Source of the DNA: Myxococcota bacterium
GTDB lineage: Bacteria > Myxococcota_A > UBA9160 > UBA4427
Length of the DNA stretch: 64,000 nt
Reading direction: 5' to 3'
NCBI GenBank assembly: GCA_965250285.1
Contig: OZ252299.1
Coordinates: 2,816,001-2,880,000, forward strand
Every line of letters begins with the position of its first letter. The first letter of the stretch is position 1. This document shows, piece after piece, positions 20,849 through 33,471 of the stretch. The position numbers and the translations under genes were made by a program. The notes beneath the pieces were generated by a model. That model had not been told where the DNA came from. It ran no database searches and saw only the letters and a program-made list of their open reading frames with translations.

Positions 20849-22870
20849 CTAGTGCGCTGCAGTCTGGGGCTCGGGCGGGGCTGCCAGGTGCTCGTCGAGA
20901 AATCGACCTATGCGCGTCAGCATGTCGATGCGCGATTCGTGGCTCTCGATGCCGTGTTCATCGTCTTCATACTCGATGTACTCCACATGCTTTCCCGCCT
21001 TCTTCAACGCCTTGTGAAGCCGCCGGCCTTGTCTCACGTCGACGTTCTGATCCTCCTCCGGGTGGAAGATCATCACGGGCACAGAGAACTCCTTTGCTCG
21101 CTTCCGGGGAGAACCCTGGCGCAACAGATCCTTCGAGCGCGAGACCTGCTCTTCGATCCAGTCCGCGCTCAAGAAGTTCTTGGCCTCGTTGATCACGTCC
21201 CCTGGATCGGTGACACCTGCGATCTCGACCACACATCGATAGCGATCGGGATACTCGAGTGCGGAGAGCAGCGCGGCGAAACCGCCGAAGCTCCAGCCTA
21301 CGGCGCAGACACGATCGGGGTCGGTAACGCCGTTCTCGATCAGGTATTGAAGGCCCGAGTCGATATCGGCGAGAGCCAGACGCCAGCCCTCGAAGGCCCC
21401 TGATCCTGCCCAGTCACGCCCGTAGCCGGCTGAACCACGATAGTTCGACTGGATGACCACGAACCCCCGTGCAGCGAGGTACTGTGCCAGCCAATCGAAG
21501 CCCCAGACGTCGCGACTGAAGGGGCCGCCGTGGGGCAAGACGATCGTGGGGTGAGGGCCGTTGCCCTGCCCCACCGGCTTCGTCACGTATCCGGGGATCT
21601 TCGTTCCGTCACCCGCTACGTGCTCGATCTTCTCCATGCGAGCGAGTTCTACCCGACGAAGCACAGGACGATCGTCCTCGATGAAGTCGAGATTCCGGTT
21701 CTTCACATCGAGTCGATACCAGCTCCCCGGATCGACGTCGCTCTGGGCAAGGATGATGTAGAAGCGACGATCCCAGCTCTCGTCTTCGATCACGATCGTC
21801 TTGCCGGGCAGCGCTTTGCTCACCGCTTCATGGACGCGCTCGAATGCGGGATCGAAGTACGTCACGTGTGGGCCATCGACATACCACTTCGCGCCCACGA
21901 CCCGGCCATGCGGGCCCATCTGGATAACGCTTCCCAGGTCGACCTCGTCGTGTGCAAACACGACTGTCGTGCCGGCGTCCCCGACGACGTCGTTCGCGAT
22001 CAGCGCAATGCGACCATCGATCGACTTGAAGCCGAGGAGCAAGGCGGGATCGTCGCCGAACCCAACAGGCAAGTAGCCCTGACTTGCCCTGTCCGGCTCA
22101 TCGCGAGTAACCGTTTCCCATCGAGCTTCACCAGGCGCTCGATGCTGCCAGACCCGCTCGTCGGGTGTCCACCTGAGCCGGACCCTTGGCACGCCGTTCC
22201 CGTCCGTCATCCAGTCTTGCACGTCGCTGCGCGGCCGAATGACCCGACTGAGTTTCCCGCTGTAGATGTCGAGTCTGCTCAGCCCCGAGCCCTGGCCTTC
22301 GGGCTCCTCGATCAGCACGCGCTTTCGATCGTCGGGGAGCAGATCAACGATCCGATCCTGGAACTGCGCAAGCATGGGCACGCCGCCCAGCTTTGCATCG
22401 CGCTCGGCCTTGCTATGCAGCCTACTCTGCATCAATACGCGCAGATCCGAGCCGTCTGCATCGACCGCGACGAGACGCGTCGTCGCAAAAGACGTCCCGA
22501 GGACTGCATCGACCCCGCGGAAGCGACACAGGATCCGCTCTTCGTTCGCCCACATGCACTCCGTGAGATCCCATTCGTCCTTCTTGCTGGCGACCACCAT
22601 CCGCGACGTCTGCGCCGAGAAGTCATGAACCACGGCAATCGGCAGATCAAACTTGGGATGCTGGACGATCATCACGGCACGCTGGCCATCTGGCGAAAGT
22701 CGCGGATCGCGGAGGGCAGGAAGCTGACCGAACGCAACGGCGAGCTCTTCGGGGGTCAAGCGGCGTGGAGCCGAGTCTCCGGCCGCGAGCCGGGCCGGCT
22801 CCACGGAGGCAAGGGACGCGACCAGCACGCCCGCCACGATCCCACGAGCCGCCCTGCGAACGAGGCCCAT
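20849..22870 (-). CDS. Exported S9 peptidase, copy 2
   Basis: Signal peptide, LPHGGP, NYRGSAGYG, GWSFGG. Collinear paralog of the adjacent gene. Confidence 0.92.
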   Translation of the reverse strand: MGLVRRAARGIVAGVLVASLASVEPARLAAGDSAPRRLTPEELAVAFGQLPALRDPRLSPDGQRAVMIVQHPKFDLPIAVVHDFSAQTSRMVVASKKDEWDLTECMWANEERILCRFRGVDAVLGTSFATTRLVAVDADGSDLRVLMQSRLHSKAERDAKLGGVPMLAQFQDRIVDLLPDDRKRVLIEEPEGQGSGLSRLDIYSGKLSRVIRPRSDVQDWMTDGNGVPRVRLRWTPDERVWQHRAPGEARWETVTRDEPDRASQGYLPVGFGDDPALLLGFKSIDGRIALIANDVVGDAGTTVVFAHDEVDLGSVIQMGPHGRVVGAKWYVDGPHVTYFDPAFERVHEAVSKALPGKTIVIEDESWDRRFYIILAQSDVDPGSWYRLDVKNRNLDFIEDDRPVLRRVELARMEKIEHVAGDGTKIPGYVTKPVGQGNGPHPTIVLPHGGPFSRDVWGFDWLAQYLAARGFVVIQSNYRGSAGYGRDWAGSGAFEGWRLALADIDSGLQYLIENGVTDPDRVCAVGWSFGGFAALLSALEYPDRYRCVVEIAGVTDPGDVINEAKNFLSADWIEEQVSRSKDLLRQGSPRKRAKEFSVPVMIFHPEEDQNVDVRQGRRLHKALKKAGKHVEYIEYEDDEHGIESHESRIDMLTRIGRFLDEHLAAPPEPQTAAH

Positions 22871-22896
22871 GCTCCGCCCCTCCCGGCGCTCGCGCC

Positions 22897-23691
22897 CTAC
22901 CGCCCCTCGAACTTCGGCGGGCGCTTCTCGAGGAACGACATCATGCCCTCCTTGAAATCCTTGCTGCGGAAGAGCGGCAGCAGCTGGAGGAAGACGTGGT
23001 GCACGTTCGCTTCGAACGTCTCGTTCTGGCCCATACGCATCATGCGCTTGGTCGCCTGCACGGCGAGCGGCGCGTTGGCGGCGATCTTGCCGGCGAGCTC
23101 GAGGGCGGCCGGCAGCAGATCGTCAGCCGCGACGACGCGGCTCACGAGCCCGGCCTCGAGGCAGGCCTCGGCGTTCAGCGTCTCGCCCGTGAACATGATC
23201 TCGGCGGCCTTCGACCAGCCGACGATGCGCGGCAGCAGCCAGGTGCCCCCGCTCTCGGGCAGCACACCGCGCTTGGTGAATGCGGGTGCGAGCTTCGCGT
23301 GCTCGCTCGCGACGCGAATGTCGCAGCCGAGTGCCAGATCCATGCCGTAGCCCGCCGCACCGCCGTTGAGGGCGCAGATCGTCGGCGTGTCGCACTCGTT
23401 CAGCACGATGGGCGGCGCCTCGCGCAGGTCGAACTTCTGCGTGACGGCCCCGACGCCGTCGCCGCTGCCGAGCCCCTGCCCGCTCGCCTGATCCTGCAGA
23501 TCGAGCCCTGCGCAGAACCCGCGGCCCGCGCCGGTGATCACGATCGCGCGCACCTCGCGGTCGCGATCGAGCTCGACGATCGCCTTCGCGAAGGCGTCGA
23601 GCATGGGCCCGGTGATCGCGTTCAGCCTCTCGGGGCGGTTCAGCGTGACGATCGCCACGCCTTCGTTCTTCTCGACGAGCAGCTCACCCAT
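22897..23691 (-). CDS. Enoyl-CoA hydratase/isomerase family protein
   Basis: Start MGELLVEK at 23691. GFCAGLDL, NGGAAGYGMDLALGCD, FLEKRPPKFEGR. Confidence 0.92.
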   Translation of the reverse strand: MGELLVEKNEGVAIVTLNRPERLNAITGPMLDAFAKAIVELDRDREVRAIVITGAGRGFCAGLDLQDQASGQGLGSGDGVGAVTQKFDLREAPPIVLNECDTPTICALNGGAAGYGMDLALGCDIRVASEHAKLAPAFTKRGVLPESGGTWLLPRIVGWSKAAEIMFTGETLNAEACLEAGLVSRVVAADDLLPAALELAGKIAANAPLAVQATKRMMRMGQNETFEANVHHVFLQLLPLFRSKDFKEGMMSFLEKRPPKFEGR

Positions 23692-23750
23692 GGTGCACTC
23701 CCTTCGTGGTCTCGCCGCGCGGGGGCTTGGCGCCGCGCGCAGCCGAATGA

Positions 23751-25382
23751 TCAGTCTTCGATGCCCAGCGCCTCGTACGCCGTCTGCTTCGCCCAGCGAT
23801 AGTCGGCCTTGCCGCTCGGTGCGCGCGTGACGTGATCGACGTAGACGAACGCCTTCGGCAGCTTGTACTTGGTGATGTGCTCGTTCGCGACGGCCTTGAG
23901 GTCGTCTTCGCTCGGGCGCTCGCCCTCGCGCAGCTGCACGATGGCCGTCACCTGACTGCCCCAGCGTTCGTTCGGCGTGCCGCAGACGACGCAGTCGTAG
24001 ACGGCCGGATGATGCTTGAGCGCCAGCTCGACCTCTTCGGCGAAGATCTTCTCGCCGCCGCTGTTGATCGTCACCGAGTCGCGGCCGAGCAGCTCGAGCT
24101 CGCCGCTCGCCGCCACGCGCGCGCGGTCGCCCGGCACCGAGTAGCGGGTGCCGTCGATCACGGGGAACGTCTTGGCGGTCTTCTCGGCGTCCTTGTAGTA
24201 GCCGAGCGGCACGAAGCCTTCGCGCGCCAGCCAACCGGTCTCGGCGTCGCCGGCCTCGAGCCTTCGGCTCAGGTCTTCGGAGAGCACGATGTTGCCGTCG
24301 ACCATGTTGAAGTGGCCGGTCTGCACGTCGCCCTTCGTCGAGAAGTGCGACGCCTGGGCACCCGACTCCGACGAGCCCAGCGCATCGAGGATGCGGATGT
24401 CGGGCAAGAGCTCGAGCAGCTCGTTCTTGAGCCCCGCGGTGAAGATCGCGCCGCCCGACGTCACCATGAAGAGGCTCGAGAGGTCGTACGACTTCTCTTT
24501 CAGCTGGTCGATGAGCGGGCGCGCGAAGGCGTCGCCGACGATCGTGATCGTGTTGGCCTTCTCGCGCTCGACCGTCGACCAGATGTCGTCGGGATCGAGA
24601 CGCTCGGTGTTCGACTGCACGAGGATCGTGCCGCCGACGTGCCACATGCTGAACGCCGCCCAGTGCGCGGCGCCGTGCATGAAGGGCGCGGTCGGCAGCG
24701 CGCGGATGCCTTCGCGGCTCTTCGCCCGCTCGACCAGCGGCTCGACCGACTCGGGGTGGCCCTGGGTCAGGGCCGAGTAGAAGATCTCTTCCTGCCGCCA
24801 CAGCACGCCCTTCGGCATGCCCGTCGTGCCGCCCGTGTAGAGGATGTAGAGGTCGTCGCCCGAGAGATCGTCGGCGGGCGGCTTCGGCTCGGCGCCCGCG
24901 AGCGCCTGCTCGTAGTCGAGGGCGCCGTCGAGCAGCGGCTCGCCGCTGCCGTCGTCGACCTGCAGCAGGAGCTTGAGCCGCGGCAGCTTCTCACGAATGC
25001 CTGCGAGCATGGGCGCGAAGCGCGCGTGGTAGATCACCGCCTCGGCGTCGGCGTTGTCGAACAGATAGAGCAGCTCGCCCTCGACGTAGCGGTAGTTCAC
25101 GTTGAACGGCGCGCACCGCGCCTTGAACGCGCCGAGCATGCCTTCGAGATACTCGTTGCCGTTGTAGAGGTAGAGCCCGACGTGGCTCTGCCCCGACTCG
25201 AAGTTCTCGAGCTTCTCGCGCTCGGTATGGCAACCGAGGCCGTGGGTCTGCAGCACGTGGGCGAGTCGCCGGGTGCGATCGGTGACATCGGCCCAGCTGA
25301 GGCGGCGATCGCCATAGACGATGCAGTCGCGATCGGGGATCGCCTCGGCGATCGCTTCGTGAATGAGGGCGAGGTTCATCAT
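23751..25382 (-). CDS. Acyl-CoA synthetase (FadD19-like)
   Basis: YTGGTTGMPKG, PFMHGAA, GYYKDAEKT, INSGGEKIFAEEVE, RAPSGKADY. Confidence 0.93.
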   Translation of the reverse strand: MMNLALIHEAIAEAIPDRDCIVYGDRRLSWADVTDRTRRLAHVLQTHGLGCHTEREKLENFESGQSHVGLYLYNGNEYLEGMLGAFKARCAPFNVNYRYVEGELLYLFDNADAEAVIYHARFAPMLAGIREKLPRLKLLLQVDDGSGEPLLDGALDYEQALAGAEPKPPADDLSGDDLYILYTGGTTGMPKGVLWRQEEIFYSALTQGHPESVEPLVERAKSREGIRALPTAPFMHGAAHWAAFSMWHVGGTILVQSNTERLDPDDIWSTVEREKANTITIVGDAFARPLIDQLKEKSYDLSSLFMVTSGGAIFTAGLKNELLELLPDIRILDALGSSESGAQASHFSTKGDVQTGHFNMVDGNIVLSEDLSRRLEAGDAETGWLAREGFVPLGYYKDAEKTAKTFPVIDGTRYSVPGDRARVAASGELELLGRDSVTINSGGEKIFAEEVELALKHHPAVYDCVVCGTPNERWGSQVTAIVQLREGERPSEDDLKAVANEHITKYKLPKAFVYVDHVTRAPSGKADYRWAKQTAYEALGIED

Positions 25383-25566
25383 GGGGCGGCGGGGGTCTCC
25401 GGGAGCGTGGGGCCGACGGGGTCATGGCGGCGCGCCGCGCCGGCCATCGCCCCGCGCGTTTCGACCGCGCGCCGGGGCGCCACCGAGACTGCCGCACCTG
25501 CCCGGCCCCCCGCAATCGGGCGAAATGACGCTGGATGTGTCGCGGGCAACGGGTGCCGGCGCGGGT

Positions 25567-26484
25567 TCAGAAGAGCCGACACAGCGACACGATGGCGTGG
25601 ATCGCGTCGATGGTCGGCGTGATGCGCGCGGGGCGTCCGCCAGCAGCCAGCTCGTCGAAGCCACCGTCGCCCGCCTGCTCGCCGACCAGCCGATCGAGCA
25701 GCTCGATCGGATCGAGCTGCGCACCGGGCATCGCGAGCGCGTCGCAGTGCAGCAGCGCGCGCGTCGTGAGCCCTGCGTCGAAGCGGCCGGTGCGGTAGCC
25801 GCGCTCGAGCTCGCGCCCGCACCACTGCAGGGCCTCGTCGGATCGGTCGTGGTCGACGTTGCTGAAGAAGACGGCGAAGGTCGTGATCGCCGACCAGCGC
25901 CCGCCCTCGACCGCTTCGGGTGAGAAGCGCGGGCCGAGCCATTCACCGGCGCGCACGAGCAGCTCGGGGCGCACGGTCTTCGTGTGCCCGAGCAGACCGG
26001 CGAGCATGCCGGTCACGAAGAGCTTCATCGGCTCGGGCAGATCGGCGGCGCCGAAGCTGCCGTCGTCGTTCTGGATGCGCAGCAGGTACAGCCCCGCCGG
26101 CTCGACGCACGGCGACTCGAGCGCGCCGGCGTCGGCGAGCACGAGCAGCGATTCGAGCGTGCCGAGCAGCTCGTTAGGGGGCGCCTCGCCCGCGAGGTCT
26201 GGGCCGGCGGGCGCGCCGCCGGCGAAGAGCCCGTGCGCGGGCAGCGCACCTTCTTCGGTCTGCTCGCCGGCCCACGACTCGACCCAGGCGCCGACCGGGT
26301 CGACGCCCATCACCACCCGCGCCCGGTCGAGCTCGGTGCGCCCCGCCTCGCGCTCGAGAAAGCCGAAGCCGCGCTCGAGGGCCTCGGCCGAGCGCTCCTT
26401 GAGGCGCACCAGGTCGTCGTCCCCGCCGCCGCCCCCGTCTCCGACATCGAGCTTCACGATCGTCATGCGCGAAACATCGGGCAT
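25567..26484 (-). CDS. Hypothetical protein with prenyltransferase/QW-like repeats
   Basis: 305 aa, helix-rich. QNDDGSF, QAGDGGF and QTEEGAL motifs. Start is uncertain. Confidence 0.55.
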   Translation of the reverse strand: MPDVSRMTIVKLDVGDGGGGGDDDLVRLKERSAEALERGFGFLEREAGRTELDRARVVMGVDPVGAWVESWAGEQTEEGALPAHGLFAGGAPAGPDLAGEAPPNELLGTLESLLVLADAGALESPCVEPAGLYLLRIQNDDGSFGAADLPEPMKLFVTGMLAGLLGHTKTVRPELLVRAGEWLGPRFSPEAVEGGRWSAITTFAVFFSNVDHDRSDEALQWCGRELERGYRTGRFDAGLTTRALLHCDALAMPGAQLDPIELLDRLVGEQAGDGGFDELAAGGRPARITPTIDAIHAIVSLCRLF

Positions 26485-26540
26485 GTCGCGGCACCGAACA
26501 AGCGCGGTCGAGGGCTAGAATGCCGGCCGAGGAGGCCCCC

Positions 26541-28600
<2,060 letters not shown>

Positions 28601-28604
<4 letters not shown>

Positions 28605-30601
28605 ACGACGCGGGCGCGGCGGCGGCGGGCGAGCAGCGCGAGCCCGGTCACGACGAGCAGGGCGGTCGTCGGCTCGGGGATCACGCGGACGTCGATCTCG
28701 GAATTGAACTCGGCGCGCCCTCCGGTCTCGGCGAACGAGACCTGCAGGATGAGAAGCTCGGCCATCTCGAGCCCAGCGGCCCCGAGCAGATCGGCCAACA
28801 GCAGCTGCGTGTCGCCGAAGAAACCATCGATCTCGTCCGGGCCTTCGAGGTCGACGTCGAGCAGATTCGCGCCATCGGCGAGCAGCAGCACAGCCATCGC
28901 GGTGCCTTCGAGATCGCTCCCGCGATAGCTGAAGTCGAGCGCGAGATCCTGGGCCGCAATCTCGCCGCTCGACGGCATCGAGAGCTCGAAGGTCGTGGTG
29001 GCCTCGAAGGGACCTGACTCGGCCGGGAGACGCCGCCAGAGATGCACCCCGAGCTCGACGATCGTATCTGCGGCGAGGAACCGCGTCGACGTCGTCGTCG
29101 CCAGATCGTTCAACCAGATCTCGCCGCGGTACGGCTGGTCATACCCTCCTGAGCTCAGAGCCCGTACGCGATGCGCGAGCTGCACAGCTTCGTCGTCGTG
29201 CGCAACGAACTCGGCGAAGTGACGCAGACCGATCGGGCCATCCTCGACCTCGCTGGTGGCGAGGGCCTGGCCCGTCTCGGACCAGATGCCGGCTGTGACT
29301 TCGGCAAACTCGCCCCACTGACTCACGGCGAGAGCCTCCGCCTCGGCCGACCACGGCGGCGAAGGATCGGCCCCGCTCCCGCCGCTCGATCGCGGTTCGT
29401 GCCAGGCGAAAGCGCCGGCCACGGTCAAACCGCGCCCCGCGTTGCGGGCCTCGGCATAGCTGGTGGCGCTGTGCGGTGAGAAGGTCTCGTCGAAGCCGCC
29501 CACCGCTTCGGCAATCGCCGTGACTCGCCCGGTGAAGAGGTCCCCATCACCGGCCGACCCGCCGTTGCCCGACGACTTCGCCACGGCCCGGGCCGCGCCG
29601 AACCGGAGCGGAAGCGTCGCATCGAGCGAAGTGGCCGAGCCCCCGGCGGCATATGCCTCGGTATCGATGGCCCCCGTCTGGTTCGAGCCGATCACTTCGG
29701 CGATCGCGTTCCCGCCCTGGTTCGCACCCGGAGCCGCGAGGGTCGTCACCGTCGTTTCACCCGTCGCCGAGACGGACAGACGCAGGTCATCGACCGACTT
29801 GTGACGCTCGAGCCGACTGACCGAGTCGCCGCCGATGTGAGCCGGTCCCGCGAGCCCTCGGTTGCCGGCTCCGACATTTTGAATGAGGTGCAAGGAGCCG
29901 GTCGTCTCGCCGTCGACTGCGTCGACGAGACTGAGATCGGAGCCCATCGAGATGAACTCGTCGATCGGGACGAACGGCTCGAAGTCGTCGGTGTACTCGG
30001 CGCTCCAGTCCCGGATCGGCCCGACGCCGCGCTCGAGCAACGCGAGCGCGCGCACGTTGCCCCCGCCCGTCGAGACCCCGCGCACCGATTCGACCTCGGC
30101 CGCGCCCGATTGCCCCCCGCCCCAGGCCGCGCCGGAGATCGCGCGCCCGATCACCTGGACGTCGCCCGCGCCCTGGGCGAAGGCCGAGACCCGCGCATCG
30201 CCGGCGCTGCCCCCGCGACTCGAGCCGTGTCCGCCCTCGGCTTCGGCGAGGATCGCGAGGGTTTCATTGCCGACGAACTCGTACGAAAGCCGCGAGACCG
30301 CATCGCCGCCGTCGCCAAAGTCACCCGGGGCACCCCCCGCGTTCTCGGGGATGCCGCTGTCACCGCCGATCGCCCGCTGCTCGAGCTCGACGAGCTCGGT
30401 CGCTTCGACATCGACGAAGAAGCTGTTCTCGACCGTCACGCTCTCGCCGTCACCGGCGTCGGCGCCGCTCGCGCCCGGCGCGCCGTCGGCGCCCTCCTCG
30501 ACGATCGTGCCGCTCACGACCTCGCCGGCGAGGGCGGGCGCCGTCGTGAACGAGAGAACGACCGTCATCAGAAGACCGAGCGTGACGATTCGAATCGGCA
30601 T
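28601..30601 (-). CDS. PEP-CTERM surface protein, Gly/Ala-rich
   Basis: Signal peptide [26 protein letters not shown]-terminus [27 protein letters not shown]. Confidence 0.88.
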
Positions 30602-30868
30602 CGAACTCCTTCTCCGATGTGGCGGCGCGAATCCACGCAACAGACCGCGCGTCCGCCGCGGCCGAACCAAGCGGCCGCGAGCCGACGTCCGCTCCGTTGA
30701 CGCACGAGCCCACCCCGCGACGCGTAGCTCCCCCCTCCAAGGTGGTGGGATTGCTCGCGATGTGGCACGCAATTGCCCGAGGCGCCGATTTCCCGCCCCC
30801 TGCGAGACCGGCTACCTGTATCCGCCGACCCATGGCCCCGATCGGGCCCGACGAGGACGCTCCGCTCG

Positions 30869-31912
30869 ATGAAGACCCGCGACCCCAAGACCTTCGGCAC
30901 CGGCCACGACGATGGGCTCGAGCCGCTCACCGCCCTCGACGTCGCGGCGAGCGACAGCGTCGATGCACTGCTGCGCGGGATGAGCCGCACGGCGTTCGGC
31001 GGGCGCACGCTCGGCGAGGCCGCCGACGCGCTCGAGGCGATGGTGAACGACACGAGCTGCTTCAAGGTCGTCACGATCTCGGGCGCCATGACCATCGCGA
31101 AGCAGGGGCTCGTGCTCTGCGAGATGATCGATCGCGGCTGGGTCGACGCCATCGTCTCGACGGGCGCGCTGATGACCCACGGCCTGGTCGAAGGCGCGGG
31201 CATGCTGCACTTCAAGCACCGCCCGGGCATGAACGACGAGTCGCTCTACGACCGCGGCTACAACCGGGTCTACGACACGATCGAGCTCGAGCAGAACCTG
31301 GACGACACCGAAGAGCTGCTGCGCGCGGCCCTCGACGGCCACGACGCGAGCGAGACGCTCTCGAGTCGACGGATCATGGAGATCCTCGGGGCGCATCTGA
31401 CCGAGCTGACCGAGGGACGCGCGATCTTGAAGAGCGCCCACGCGAAGGGCGTGCCGATCTACGTGCCGGCCTTCACCGACAGCGAGCTCGGGCTCGACGT
31501 CGCGATCTTCAATCGGCTGCGCGAGCGCGCAGGGCGACCGCGGCTCGCGTTCGACCCCTTTCTCGATCTCGACGATTTCGCCGAGCGGGTGTCGCAGCAG
31601 CAGACCCTCGGCATCTTCACGATCGGCGGCGGCGTGCCGCGCAACTGGGCGCAGCAGGTGGCGCCCTACCTCGACATCCTGAATCTGCGCCTCGGCCGCG
31701 AAGACGAGGTGAAGCGCTACAAGTACGCCGTGCGCATCTGCCCCGAGCCGGTGCACTGGGGCGGGCTCTCGGGCTGCAGCTACACCGAGGGCGTGTCGTG
31801 GGGCAAGTTCGTGCCCGAGAGCGAGGGCGGTCGCCACGTCGAGGTCTTCGCCGACGCGACGATCGCGTGGCCGATCGTCGTGCGGGCCGTGATCGAACGC
31901 ACGAGCGCGTAG
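30869..31912 (+). CDS. Deoxyhypusine synthase-like protein
   Basis: TISGAMT, VSTGA, PAFTDSELG, IGGGVPRNW, GGLSGCSYTEGVSWGK (catalytic Lys motif), DATIAWP. Confidence 0.92.
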   Translation: MKTRDPKTFGTGHDDGLEPLTALDVAASDSVDALLRGMSRTAFGGRTLGEAADALEAMVNDTSCFKVVTISGAMTIAKQGLVLCEMIDRGWVDAIVSTGALMTHGLVEGAGMLHFKHRPGMNDESLYDRGYNRVYDTIELEQNLDDTEELLRAALDGHDASETLSSRRIMEILGAHLTELTEGRAILKSAHAKGVPIYVPAFTDSELGLDVAIFNRLRERAGRPRLAFDPFLDLDDFAERVSQQQTLGIFTIGGGVPRNWAQQVAPYLDILNLRLGREDEVKRYKYAVRICPEPVHWGGLSGCSYTEGVSWGKFVPESEGGRHVEVFADATIAWPIVVRAVIERTSA

Positions 31913-31934
31913 CCGCGCCGAACGGGGAGCGTCG

Positions 31935-32963
31935 ATGAGAGCCGTCACCGCGACATCGCCCCACGCCCTCGAAGTGCGCGAGCGTGCGCCGCTCGAGCCT
32001 GGGCCGGGCGAGGTGCGCGTGGCCGTCGAAGCGTGCGGCATCTGCGGCAGCGACCTGCACTTCTATCACGACGTCGGCTACGCGCCCGGGCACGTCCCCG
32101 GGCACGAGATCGCGGGCCACGTCGATGCCTGGGGCGAAGGCGTCTCGGGGTTCGCCCAGGGCGAGAAGGTCGTCGTCGAGCCGATTTCGAGCTGCGGTGA
32201 GTGCCCGGCGTGCAAGCGCGGGCAGCCGCTGTGGTGTCGTCAGGTCCAGCTCTACGGCGTGCAGCTGCCGGGGGGCATGGCCGACGAGCTCGTGGTGCCG
32301 GCCGAGCGACTCCACCGCGTCGACGAGCAGCTCGACGCTGCGGTCGCCGCGCTCGTCGAGCCCGTCGCCGTCGGCGTGCACGCGCTGCATCGCGTGGCGC
32401 TCGAGCCCGGCGAGCGGGTGCTCGTGCTCGGCGCCGGTGCGATCGGGCTGCTCTGCGCGTTCGCCGCGAAGGCGCTCGGCGCGGGCGACGTCTGGATCAC
32501 CGCCCGCCACGCGCATCAGGCCGCGATGGCCGAGGCGCTCGGCGCCTCGCGCGTGTTGCCCGCGAACGAGACCGACGTGGCATCGCTCGATGCTCTCGGG
32601 CGCCGCCACGAGATCGACGTGGTCGTCGAGACCGTGGGCGGCGCCGCCGACACGATCTCGCTGGCCGGTGCCGCCGTCCGACCGGGCGGACGCGTCTCGA
32701 TCACCGGCCTCTTCACGACGCAGCCGACCCTCGAGACCTGGCCGCTGCTCATGAAGGAGGCCTCGCTCGTCTGGTCGAACTGCTACGCGACGCCGCCCGG
32801 CGAGCCCGCCGAGTTCGAGACCGCCGCGCGGCTCGTCGAAGCCGAGCGCGAGCGCCTCGCCGCGGTCTGCACGCACAGCGTCCCCCTCGACGACGCGGTG
32901 CGCGGCTTCGCGCTCGCTGGCGACAAGTCGAGCGGCGCCATCAAGGTCACCCTGACGACATGA
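31935..32963 (+). CDS. Zn-dependent alcohol/polyol dehydrogenase (MDR)
   Basis: CGICGSDLH, GHE, CGECPACKRGQPLWC, GAGAIG. Confidence 0.92.
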   Translation: MRAVTATSPHALEVRERAPLEPGPGEVRVAVEACGICGSDLHFYHDVGYAPGHVPGHEIAGHVDAWGEGVSGFAQGEKVVVEPISSCGECPACKRGQPLWCRQVQLYGVQLPGGMADELVVPAERLHRVDEQLDAAVAALVEPVAVGVHALHRVALEPGERVLVLGAGAIGLLCAFAAKALGAGDVWITARHAHQAAMAEALGASRVLPANETDVASLDALGRRHEIDVVVETVGGAADTISLAGAAVRPGGRVSITGLFTTQPTLETWPLLMKEASLVWSNCYATPPGEPAEFETAARLVEAERERLAAVCTHSVPLDDAVRGFALAGDKSSGAIKVTLTT

Positions 32964-33466
32964 GCCGACGCGACGACCGCGACATCATCCGCGTGTGCTT
33001 CGTGTGCCTCGGCAACATCTGTCGCTCGCCCACCGCCGAGGGCATCATGCAGGCCCTCGTCGTCGAGGCCGAGCTCGACCACGCAATCGAGGTCGACAGC
33101 GCGGGCACCGCGGCGTACCACGTCGGCGAGCGCGCCGACGAGCGCAGCCGAGAAACCGCCAAGCGCCGCGGCGTCGAGCTGCGCAGCCGGGGGCGTCGCT
33201 TCGAAGATCACGACTTCGAGCACTTCGACTACGTGCTCGCGATGGATCACGACAACCTCGCGCGCCTGCACGACAAGGCGCCCCACGACGAGGCCCGCGA
33301 GAAGACGATGCTGCTGCGCGCATTCGAAGGCGAACACGCGGCCGACGAGCCGGTGCCCGACCCGTACTACGGCGGCGCGTCTGGCTTCGAAGACGTGTTC
33401 GACATCTGCGAGCGCGCGTGCCGCGGCCTGCTGGCGCACCTGCGCGCCGAGCACGAGCTCGACTGA
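32960..33466 (+). CDS. Low-molecular-weight protein-tyrosine phosphatase
   Basis: VCLGNICRSPTAE, DSAGT, VPDPYYG. ATGA overlap with the upstream gene. Confidence 0.95.
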   Translation: MSRRDDRDIIRVCFVCLGNICRSPTAEGIMQALVVEAELDHAIEVDSAGTAAYHVGERADERSRETAKRRGVELRSRGRRFEDHDFEHFDYVLAMDHDNLARLHDKAPHDEAREKTMLLRAFEGEHAADEPVPDPYYGGASGFEDVFDICERACRGLLAHLRAEHELD

Positions 33467-33471
33467 GCGCG

